A program made the translations under genes and the position numbers. Of a stretch of DNA of 64,000 bases, positions 17,383 to 25,504 are shown in pieces (the stretch's first letter is position 1; every line of letters starts with the position of its first letter). The stretch is taken from positions 44,773 to 108,772 of the forward strand of contig PMCS01000018.1 in assembly GCA_003154195.1 (NCBI GenBank), read 5' to 3'. Origin of the DNA: Candidatus Omnitrophota bacterium. Lineage in GTDB: Bacteria > Omnitrophota > Gorgyraeia > Duberdicusellales > 4484-171. The notes beneath the pieces were generated by a model, which ran no database searches, was not told the origin of the DNA, and was given only the letters and a program-made list of their open reading frames with translations.

Positions 17383-19299
17383 TTATCCGCTCGTATAAAC
17401 CGCGGCGATCAGGTAGGCTTTATATTTTTTACCCTGGTACTCCACAGTATCGGTAACTTTATTCCAATCGACGTTTTCCGTGGCCTTGCCCAGGGTATAA
17501 TTATGCACCAAGTCGTCGTTTTGCTTCTGGCCGTAACCGGCGGCATAAGAAGTCGTGATGTAGTCGCCGGCTTCGATTGGGCCGTTAATGTCGCATACCC
17601 ACACCCGGCCTTCGCCTACCGCATTGACAAAGCCTTTTTGCTCTTTACCTTTGTACCAGTGGCTGTCTAAATCGAATTTTTTCACAAAAACGCCGAGGAT
17701 CGTTTTATCATTAGGCGAATTCGCCAGCTTTACCGTGGGCAAAGTATAGGACAAAGATATTTCGTCCCTACTGTCCTTGCGCAAGCGCGTCTCTCCGGTA
17801 ACGCAGACGATCACCCCCGGTTTAAATGCCGAATAATCTTTGGGTAGTAAACAATCGTGCGCGCCGGTAAAAGTGGCATACTTGACGCCTGGCCCCTGCG
17901 CTAGAAAGTTAGTCCCGTCTCCATTAGATAAAAATGAAACAAGGGTGGTGCCATTGCTTACTACGCCGATTGCCCCTTGAAAAACTCCACCATAATTAAG
18001 TCCCGTACCGGCCACGCCGGTATAGGGATAAATATTATGATCAACTGTGGACCCGCTAGCCTCGCCATAAATACCAAAGCCGGAGTCGGACCGGCCGTCA
18101 ACGCCTTTACCGTTCGAGTTATATCCTAAAATGCCGTCGCCAAGGTCGGTGAAACTCCAACCATAGATACCTTCGTGAGTCTCGCTATAGCCTTTAACTC
18201 CGACACCGTTAGTGCTGCTGCCATAAACACCAAGGGCGTTGGTGCTGTCACCCCAAACACCGCCGCTGAAACCGCCGTCTCCCTTTACACCGTAATCATT
18301 ATTGTCAATACTAGTGCTATGACCATAAACGCCGATCGTCCCCATGCCATATACGCCGTTACCGGTACCTTCGCCATAACCGCTCACGCCATACGATGTT
18401 CCGCGGCCGCATACGCCATCCCCGGATGTTGCAAAGCCAAATACGCCATACGCCCCCCCATTGCCAACCACGCCGGTGTCGCTTAAACCATCGATAATCA
18501 TACCGGCCGCCGCAGTGATACCATACACCCCGGGCCCTCCGTTACCGACTATGCCACTGCCGCTCACATCATAGCCAATAGGGCTTGCCCCAGCAGCCTC
18601 ACCACACATGCCGATTGGCCCCGTGCCATACACGCCATATGTCGCTGTTCCATCGCCATACACACCGGTCGGTCCACTGCCATACACGCCATATGTCGCT
18701 CCTGCGCCGGCCACACCACTGCTGGCGGGCAGAATATCGGGCGCCCCGCCGCCCCGGCCCATTACACCATATGTAGTTCCATAAGCATATACACCATAGG
18801 GGTTTCCGTTGCCATACACGCCCATGGTGTTTGTGGTTGTGCCATACCCCATTACACCGGATGAGGAATCTGCTGTTCCATATCCTTTTACACCGGCGTA
18901 TGTACTAGTGCCATATACGCCAGCCGATGGCCCAGAGCCATACACGCCGTACCCGTTCAGCCCGGTAGCCGTACCATGAATCGCATCGCCGTCCGTGCTT
19001 CTTGATGTATCAAGCGGATAGGCGGGAGTTACCGTCCCGATTCCCACGTTACCTTCAACTATCAAATCGGCGTTGGCGTCTATTGGTGTTCCTGCACCGC
19101 CTGACCAGGTATACAGGGAAGGATTATAATAATTATCGCCGATTGCTATTTTCTTCGCGCGGAGTTCATTATAAACTCCGAACGGCGCGGGATAGTAGGT
19201 GGTAATCGTGATGGTTTCCTGGGCATAAGCGATCAGGGAAAAAATAGCAAGAAGAAAACAAAAAGCGGATAACCTGATTAATCTGGTGGTTATAGTCAT
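17383..19299 (-). CDS. Secreted Gly/Tyr-rich repeat surface protein (tail-fibre-like)
   Basis: Signal peptide. N-terminal TTYYPAPFGVY and GNVGIGTVTP motifs. ~350 aa of YGVYG/GVSGYG repeats; the DNA shows direct repeats such as ccatacacgccatatgtcgct x2. Globular C-terminal ~170 aa. Confidence 0.7.
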   Translation of the reverse strand: MTITTRLIRLSAFCFLLAIFSLIAYAQETITITTYYPAPFGVYNELRAKKIAIGDNYYNPSLYTWSGGAGTPIDANADLIVEGNVGIGTVTPAYPLDTSRSTDGDAIHGTATGLNGYGVYGSGPSAGVYGTSTYAGVKGYGTADSSSGVMGYGTTTNTMGVYGNGNPYGVYAYGTTYGVMGRGGGAPDILPASSGVAGAGATYGVYGSGPTGVYGDGTATYGVYGTGPIGMCGEAAGASPIGYDVSGSGIVGNGGPGVYGITAAAGMIIDGLSDTGVVGNGGAYGVFGFATSGDGVCGRGTSYGVSGYGEGTGNGVYGMGTIGVYGHSTSIDNNDYGVKGDGGFSGGVWGDSTNALGVYGSSTNGVGVKGYSETHEGIYGWSFTDLGDGILGYNSNGKGVDGRSDSGFGIYGEASGSTVDHNIYPYTGVAGTGLNYGGVFQGAIGVVSNGTTLVSFLSNGDGTNFLAQGPGVKYATFTGAHDCLLPKDYSAFKPGVIVCVTGETRLRKDSRDEISLSYTLPTVKLANSPNDKTILGVFVKKFDLDSHWYKGKEQKGFVNAVGEGRVWVCDINGPIEAGDYITTSYAAGYGQKQNDDLVHNYTLGKATENVDWNKVTDTVEYQGKKYKAYLIAAVYTSG

Positions 19300-19522
19300 A
19301 GCCTACCCCCTTCGTAAATTGCAATTATTATCCCCTTAGGTCGTTGTCGCAAAACCGAGCTCACTTAAAGTATAACCTATAAATCGTAAAAATTCAAGGG
19401 ATACCCAAAATTTCAACCTCAGCGGAGTCTTGTTAACAAACTGTCCTGCTGCCGGTAAAAACTTCTGTCGCCTGACCTGTTTTTTGGGGAATGAAAAATA
19501 AACAGTCAGGAATTAAATAAAT

Positions 19523-19569
19523 TATGTATACTTTTTATATCGCTATAGCAATATAAAAAGTATACAAAC
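19523..19569. promoter_or_regulatory. Near-perfect 47-bp palindrome (candidate operator), copy 1
   Basis: tgtatactttttatatcgctatagcaatataaaaagtataca. The 30-bp core is repeated at 20661-20693. Confidence 0.5.
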
Positions 19570-19735
19570 TTGTGGAATAGAAATGCTTGCTTGTTAGAGT
19601 TTTACCAAGAATATTGTCCGCCGAGGATGATTAGACCTGGTTATGTTTGTCAAAACGTAACCCTAGGCGAAAATGAGGTGTTCCCCAATGTGGCGGAATT
19701 TTATATCGGCGGTATGCGGATTAAGCAGGGAAATA

Positions 19736-20566
19736 TCACAATCTTATATTGCAGGTAGAAAACAGTTTTTGGGGGAGCCGGGCAATCAAGCGCTCTGCCT
19801 CTACGCGTTTTCGCCAGAGGCCGGAAAAGTCTTTGGGTAAAAACGGATCTTTTACCAATAATTGATTGAATTCATGAAACAATTCCCCGCCTTTGAGGTA
19901 GTACTCTTTAAAATTGACTTCGTTTGTTTCTATAATACGGGTGTAGTCATTACAGCTTTCTATTAGTTTGTCGTAACGGCTATCGAGATTTTGTAAATTC
20001 CATGCCCGGTCAGCAATCTCATCGATATTTTTTCCGGCAAAAAAATTACCTTCGTATATGCAAAGATATTTCAGTAATCCATATTCCCGGCATCGATGGT
20101 TGATTTGATGCGTATAGTCGTAGCAGGAAGCCCAGCAGCTGTCCTGAATCATCCCGAATCCCAGCGCCTGCAGGTTATGCCGTAACCACTCCCGGTGTTT
20201 TTTGCTTCGCTCGGGGATATCGTAAATAACGAGGCGCCATTTTTTATCCCATTTTTTTTGAAACTGTTGCGCTTTTATGTCTATGGCATCCGACAGAAAA
20301 CTGTATCGCCGGTCTTTATTAAAAGAAAACTGAAGTTTTTTTGCCTTAATTTTACGGATATAGCCTTTTCGGCATAACGATGCGGTTCTATTGTGTAATC
20401 TTTGCCGCGAATACAATTCGAATAATTGCGAACCGTGCAGGGCTTTCGGCCAAAAAGGCGGGGTGGAAAAAAAGAGGCAAAAATATAACATTTCCAAACT
20501 TTCTCTTAATAAAAAATCCGTCGCGTCGTTCATGCCGTATTTAACTCTGTTTAATGTTTTATTCAT
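19736..20566 (-). CDS. PaaX-like domain regulator (putative)
   Basis: WDKKWRLVIYDIPERSKKHREWLRHNLQALGFGMIQDSCWAS resembles the PaaX C-terminal domain WDGxWxLVxxxIPE..R..LR..L...GFG.L...VW. Confidence 0.45.
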   Translation of the reverse strand: MNKTLNRVKYGMNDATDFLLRESLEMLYFCLFFSTPPFWPKALHGSQLFELYSRQRLHNRTASLCRKGYIRKIKAKKLQFSFNKDRRYSFLSDAIDIKAQQFQKKWDKKWRLVIYDIPERSKKHREWLRHNLQALGFGMIQDSCWASCYDYTHQINHRCREYGLLKYLCIYEGNFFAGKNIDEIADRAWNLQNLDSRYDKLIESCNDYTRIIETNEVNFKEYYLKGGELFHEFNQLLVKDPFLPKDFSGLWRKRVEAERLIARLPQKLFSTCNIRL

Positions 20567-20654
20567 GTTTTTGTGCCAAGGTTATGTGTTGTTGCGATAG
20601 CGCTGGAAAATATGAAATATTTACGCCATAGGAACTGTTTTTTTAGGAGTATAT

Positions 20655-20698
20655 TAAAAATATTGCTATAGCAATATAAAAAGTATACAAAAATTAAG
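20655..20698. promoter_or_regulatory. Palindromic candidate operator, copy 2
   Basis: atattgctatagcaatataaaaagtatacaaaa, immediately upstream of the PaaX-like gene. Confidence 0.5.
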
Positions 20699-20718
20699 TA
20701 AAAAAACAAGTGTATTTT

Positions 20719-21324
20719 TTAAACGGCAATCTTGTATTTTTTTAATTCTTGCGTGGCTTGTTTTAAATTTCTGAACTGGACGCAATTGAGGGAAAGTTTC
20801 CGGGCGGGGGTAATCAGATCCGGACGGTCGTCGATGTAAACGATTTGGGAATATTTGCATCCTGCCATTTTTTTCAGTTCGGCGTATATCTTTTTTTCCG
20901 GCTTGACCGATTTTACCTTATAGGAAAGAACGAGTTTGTTAAAAATATCAAAAACTGCGGGATATTTTGCGTAAAGATAATTGAAATGCCATTCGTTGAT
21001 GTTGGAAATCATATATAGCGGGTAATGCTGTGAAAGTTTTGCGGCAAAGTCGATTACTTCCGGCATGGGGAAGAATATTTCGTTCCAGATGACGATGAAT
21101 TCGTCATGGCCGATGTCAACGCCGAATTTATTTTTAAATTTTTCATAAAATTTTCTGCCGGAAACTAAACCTTTTTCAAACTCAAGGGCGAAATTCTTAT
21201 AGAATAATTCTTCGATCACCTGAGCATGGGGCGCGTTAATCCTCCCTTTTAACCGGCGCAGGGCGATTGCGTAGTCAAAATCAAATAATACTCTGCCTAA
21301 ATCAAAGGCAATAGCTTCAATCAT
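20719..21324 (-). CDS. HAD-superfamily hydrolase
   Basis: Motif I AFDLGRVLF; HAD-like motif YIDDR. Confidence 0.75.
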   Translation of the reverse strand: MIEAIAFDLGRVLFDFDYAIALRRLKGRINAPHAQVIEELFYKNFALEFEKGLVSGRKFYEKFKNKFGVDIGHDEFIVIWNEIFFPMPEVIDFAAKLSQHYPLYMISNINEWHFNYLYAKYPAVFDIFNKLVLSYKVKSVKPEKKIYAELKKMAGCKYSQIVYIDDRPDLITPARKLSLNCVQFRNLKQATQELKKYKIAV

Positions 21325-21445
21325 ATAAAATAAAAACCAAAAGATTTACCACCAAGGCACTAAGCCACAAAAAAGCGACATTAGATGAGGAAAGAATTAT
21401 TTTTTAATCTTAGTGTCTTGGTGTCTTTCTGGCAAAGTTTTTGGT

Positions 21446-22942
21446 TCAGAAATAGAGATCTCGTTCACCTTTTTTAATCTTTTCGTAATACTCGATCAAC
21501 TTCGGATAAATTTTGGGCATTTTTTCTTTTATTTCCGCCAGTTCACGGTTGATGACTTTTTCTCCGATTTTTTTCGTCGCCGGCCCGGCGAAATCGTCGA
21601 GCCACTCTCGGAAGGTGAGGATCGCGTTGAGTTTGCAGAATTTTCCTTCCTGTCCGGTTTTTAAAAGGTCCATAATACATTCTCCTGTCCGGCCGCAGCG
21701 GTAGCCGGCGGTGCAAAAAGAAGTGATATAACCCATGCGGCAGAATTCCGCGATTAATTCCTCGAGGCTGCGGGTATCGCCCAGCAAAAATTGCTGGCGT
21801 TTGGTTTCTTGTTTACCGCTGCTTCCGCTATAGGCGCCGATGCCGATACGCGTCGAGGCGTCGGTCTGGGTAACGCCTAATTGTATCGAGCGGCGGCGCA
21901 TCTGGGGCGTTTCCCGCGCGGTGATGATCATACCGGTATAAGGGACGCTTAAGCGGATTACCGTGATGAGCTTTTCAAAATTACGGTCAGATACTTTATG
22001 GCGTGAATCTATCGTATACGGCGCGTTGGCCGCCGGCTCAAGGCGCGGGAAAGAAATCGTGTGCGGCCCGATGCCGAATTGTTTTTCCAGTTCCCGGGCG
22101 TGGGCGACCAGGCCCATTACTTCGAATTTCCAGTCGTATAAACCAAAAAGCGCGCCGATGCCTACGTCGTCGATTCCTGCTTCGAGAGCGCGGTGCATCG
22201 TGTAAAGCCGCCATCGGTAGTCTGATTTTAATGTTCCCCGGGGATGCAGAGTGGCATAGGTATCGTGATGGTAAGTTTCCTGAAACACCTGGTAGGTGCC
22301 CAGCCCCGCCCGTTTTAAAATTTTTAATTCGTTAACGGGCATCGGCGCGGCATTGACGTTTACCCGGCGTATCCGGCTAAAGCCGTGTTTTGTTTTGGCC
22401 TTAACCTTGTAGATTTCTTTTATCGTTTTGACCATGTATCTCACATCAGCCCGGGGGTGTTCGCCGTAAACGACAATCAGGCGTTTGTGGCCGATTTTTC
22501 CCGCGAGGACTTCGGTTTCTTTCCGCACTTCTTCGAGGCTTAATATTTTTCGCTTTGCTTCCTTGTTGCCTTGCCGGAATCCGCAATAAAGGCAGTCATT
22601 CAGGCAAAGATTGCTCAGGTAAAGCGGGGCGAAAGTGACAATTCGGTTATCATAAACTTTTTTCTTGATCTGTAGGGCGGTTTTTTCCATTTCCCGCAGG
22701 AGGCCGGTATCGGTGACGTTTAATAGCGCTGCCGTTTCGTCGAGGGTTAAGGTTTCAATCGCGAGGGATTTCGCTAAGATGTTTTTTATTTTTTCCGGGC
22801 CGGGATGATTATTTGCTTTAAGAGTTTTAATTATTTCATTATCATCGATAAAATCCTTGCCGTTAACCAGGTATTTTTCAAACTCGTTTTTTTTGATTCG
22901 ATTCTTCGCCCAGTTTTTCACGTCGATTGATTTTTTTATCAT
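21446..22942 (-). CDS. hydG: HydG-like radical SAM enzyme (ThiH/HydG tyrosine-lyase family)
   Basis: NRIVTFAPLYLSNLCLNDCLYCGF radical-SAM CX3CX2C site. C-terminal FCTAGYRCGRTGECIM...KFCKLNAILTFREWL resembles the HydG auxiliary-cluster region. Start set at MIKKS because the longer ORF N-terminus overlaps an intergenic hairpin. Confidence 0.75.
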   Translation of the reverse strand: MIKKSIDVKNWAKNRIKKNEFEKYLVNGKDFIDDNEIIKTLKANNHPGPEKIKNILAKSLAIETLTLDETAALLNVTDTGLLREMEKTALQIKKKVYDNRIVTFAPLYLSNLCLNDCLYCGFRQGNKEAKRKILSLEEVRKETEVLAGKIGHKRLIVVYGEHPRADVRYMVKTIKEIYKVKAKTKHGFSRIRRVNVNAAPMPVNELKILKRAGLGTYQVFQETYHHDTYATLHPRGTLKSDYRWRLYTMHRALEAGIDDVGIGALFGLYDWKFEVMGLVAHARELEKQFGIGPHTISFPRLEPAANAPYTIDSRHKVSDRNFEKLITVIRLSVPYTGMIITARETPQMRRRSIQLGVTQTDASTRIGIGAYSGSSGKQETKRQQFLLGDTRSLEELIAEFCRMGYITSFCTAGYRCGRTGECIMDLLKTGQEGKFCKLNAILTFREWLDDFAGPATKKIGEKVINRELAEIKEKMPKIYPKLIEYYEKIKKGERDLYF

Positions 22943-23091
22943 AAGTTCTCGGCTGTAGAATTTGAATAAAAACCTAAAACCTACCACCAAGACACCAAGG
23001 CATAAAGAAAAGGTGAATTTTCTTGGTGGCTTGGTGTCTTGGTGGTAAATCTTTTGGTTTTATTTTATCTGCGATCATCAGCATTTTCTAA

Positions 23092-24411
23092 TCAGTGATC
23101 CTCTGCGTTTTCTCTGATTCCCAAATCTGTTGGCGCCCTTCCCAGGGATTTTAGGAGCGAGACGGTCGTTTCTATTTGTGAAGATATGCTATCGCCGGAG
23201 TGCGCTTTATTGGGATAAATCTCGTAGTGCCGGCGGTACTTAAGCGGCGTAACATTAAGCATAACTGTATTGCCGCCGCTTAGCAACCCTTGCCGCATCC
23301 CGGAAGGATCAACCGTCTCCAGGGCCGTGGTTACGGCGATCTTCGCGTTGGCGGCGTCAACCAGCCGGGCTAAAGCCATGACTTTCAGGACATCCGTGGA
23401 TTGTCCCGGCGGGCATGCTGCCAGCGGCGTACCGGGATGTGGTAAGAACGGGCCGAAAGAATACATTTCCGGCCGCAGTTTTTTTGCCAGCTTGATATCG
23501 TCAAGAATATCGGCTACGGTTTGCCCGGGGATGCCGATTAAAGAACCGGTCATGATGATGTAGCCTAATTCGTAAGCCCGGCGGATATGAGCCAGGCGTG
23601 TGTCGAGTGCGCGCCCGGGATGAAGCTTGGCGTAAAGCTCAGGGTTGGAAGTCTCAAAGCGCATCAGCATTGCCCGGCTGCCGGCGTCATATAGTTCCTC
23701 CAATCCTTCCATGCCGAGTTCGCCGAAGCTTACGCAAATCAAAACTGCCGCCTTTTTCTTTATTCCTTTGATAATCCCGGATAATTGTTTTGCGGTGAAG
23801 CCGGGGTCTTCCCCGCTTTGTAAGACTAACGCCTGGAATCCGTATTCTTCGCAGGCTTCGACTGCCGCGGCGATGATTTCTTCCGGCGTCATGCGATAGC
23901 GGGTAATATTTTTATTGTGGCGGGATATGCCGCAATATTGGCAGGCGCTTGCGCAGTGATTGGATATTTCGATGATGCCGTGCACGCAGCAGGAATTTTT
24001 ATGGTACTTTTGGCGCAGGAAATTAGCTGTCTTGAAAAGTAATTCTATTTCCTGGGGGGCGGCGAGACGGAATAAATATTCAAGGTCGTCTTTTTTAAGG
24101 GTTAATCCTTCCATCGCCCGGTCTAAAATCGTGCCGGTTTTCTTATTAATATTTTTTTTATCGAGATCCAGCCGGGAAAGGCGCAGATCGGTGTCCTGAA
24201 GCTGGAAAAAAATCTCACGCCAGGCTTCGATGATCTCCCCCGCTTCTTTTTCCGGCACTTTTTTTATTATAAAACCGCCCTGGGCGCAGACATAATCGCC
24301 GATTTTCAAGTCGTAGAATTCGTTCCGGGCTTTTTTCTCTTCGCCGAAGTAGTCGACAACGACGGTTTTTTCGTTGATCGCTTTAATTTTTCCGGGTATC
24401 GCGTAGCACAT
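23092..24411 (-). CDS. HypC-like domain fused to HydE/BioB/PylB-family radical SAM enzyme
   Basis: N-terminal ~65 aa MCYAIPGKIKAINEKTVVVDYFGEE...GDYVCAQGGFII matches HypC/HupF (Met-Cys start). Followed by IEISNHCASACQYCGISRHNKNITRYRMTPEEI, a HydE-like CX3CX2C radical SAM core. Confidence 0.7.
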   Translation of the reverse strand: MCYAIPGKIKAINEKTVVVDYFGEEKKARNEFYDLKIGDYVCAQGGFIIKKVPEKEAGEIIEAWREIFFQLQDTDLRLSRLDLDKKNINKKTGTILDRAMEGLTLKKDDLEYLFRLAAPQEIELLFKTANFLRQKYHKNSCCVHGIIEISNHCASACQYCGISRHNKNITRYRMTPEEIIAAAVEACEEYGFQALVLQSGEDPGFTAKQLSGIIKGIKKKAAVLICVSFGELGMEGLEELYDAGSRAMLMRFETSNPELYAKLHPGRALDTRLAHIRRAYELGYIIMTGSLIGIPGQTVADILDDIKLAKKLRPEMYSFGPFLPHPGTPLAACPPGQSTDVLKVMALARLVDAANAKIAVTTALETVDPSGMRQGLLSGGNTVMLNVTPLKYRRHYEIYPNKAHSGDSISSQIETTVSLLKSLGRAPTDLGIRENAEDH

Positions 24412-25171
24412 TGTTTAAACCTCAAAAATAAAACCAAAAACTTACCACCAAGGCACTAAGATTTTTATCACCAAGACACCAAGAAGAAAAAACTTTCTAC
24501 TACCCGCTCGCTTTGTTCGCTGAAGGACACGAAGCTCACGAAAGAAAACAAAAAATAATTTTCAGCCACAGGTTAACACAGATGGACACAGATAAATATA
24601 AAAAAATGTTTCCCGCAAAGTTCGCGAAGAAAATAAAAATCTTTACCGCAGGCACAAAGGATACAAGAAAGCTTCAAGGTATTTCCCGCAAAGGCGCAAA
24701 GTGCGCAAAGAAAAACAAAACTAAAATTTCGCCTGATTGGGCGAGTTCACAGAGAAAAAATATATCTGCCCCGTTTTGCACTATTTTTATTAAACCAATT
24801 TTTTATTCTTTTTCTCTATTTTTAAAAAAATGTTTGTATCTTCCGATTCCACATATTCTGGAGATAGGCAACTTATTTTATCGCCTTTTCTTATTTGTGC
24901 AATTTGCGTGATTCGTTGTTAAAATTTTCCCCTAGTTTTCTTATTTTTTATTTATCTTTTCTTTTTCTTAATCTGCGTAATCTGTGGACAAAAAATTTTT
25001 GTTTTTATTTTTTCTTCGTGAGCTTCGTGCTCTTCAGCGAGTACTCAAGCGGGTGGTGAAAATTATTTTCCCAATTTTTTATCCTGTCCATCCGTGTTCA
25101 TCTGTGGCCAATAATTCTAGGTCTTATTTTTTTGTGTCTTTGTGCCTTCGTGGTAAATCTTTTGGTTCTGT
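24412..25171. repeat. Nested inverted-repeat element in a 760-bp non-coding gap
   Basis: Outer arms accaccaaggcactaag (24447-) and gtgccttcgtggtaaatcttttgg (25143-). Inner arms cccgctcgctttgttcgctgaaggacacgaagctcacgaa (24503-) and ttcgtgagcttcgtgctcttcagcgagtactcaagcgggtgg (25017-). Internal cacagat / atctgtggac motifs. Confidence 0.6.
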
Positions 25172-25414
25172 TTATTCTATATCAAACGAAACCACGTCCA
25201 CCCTCTCCGCCATGAAACAGGTAATCTCTAATTCCACCCCTTCCAGGATCGTGCCTTTAGCTAAAACGCTGAATGTTTCCCGAAACGAAGTTTCCTTTAT
25301 GCCGGTTAATTCACCGATTTTCAGGCGTATTTTGGTTACGCGCCGGCCGCCTTCCTGTTTCGCGTGTTCGACGATACCTTTGATTATCGGTTCGATGATG
25401 TGCGTTTCGTGCAT
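25172..25414 (-). CDS. hypA: HypA-like nickel metallochaperone N-terminal domain (no zinc-finger domain)
   Basis: Starts MHE (Ni-binding N-terminus). Aligns to HypA through ...RVTKIRLKIGELTGIKETSFRETFSVLAKGTILEGVELEI. Ends at 80 aa without CxxC...CxxC. Confidence 0.6.
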   Translation of the reverse strand: MHETHIIEPIIKGIVEHAKQEGGRRVTKIRLKIGELTGIKETSFRETFSVLAKGTILEGVELEITCFMAERVDVVSFDIE

Positions 25415-25504
25415 AGAATATAGAAAAAATATAGATATAGAAAACCATAAAGATTCACCACGAAGGTCACGAAGGTCACGAAGAAATTTTTTATAAATGC
25501 CTGA

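Noticed and set aside
18175-18776. Plus-strand ORFs (for example the His-rich HTRHMSL repeat peptide) opposite the Gly/Tyr-rich gene
   Set aside because: These are antisense reading of the GVYG-coding DNA repeats. Their periodicity is inherited from the sense gene.
24513-24911. Plus-strand 132-aa ORF in the hypA-like / hypC-hydE-like gap
   Set aside because: Low-complexity, Lys/Phe-rich product read out of an AT-rich repeat element. It is the only plus-strand candidate in a uniformly minus-strand region. Better explained as the nested inverted-repeat element.
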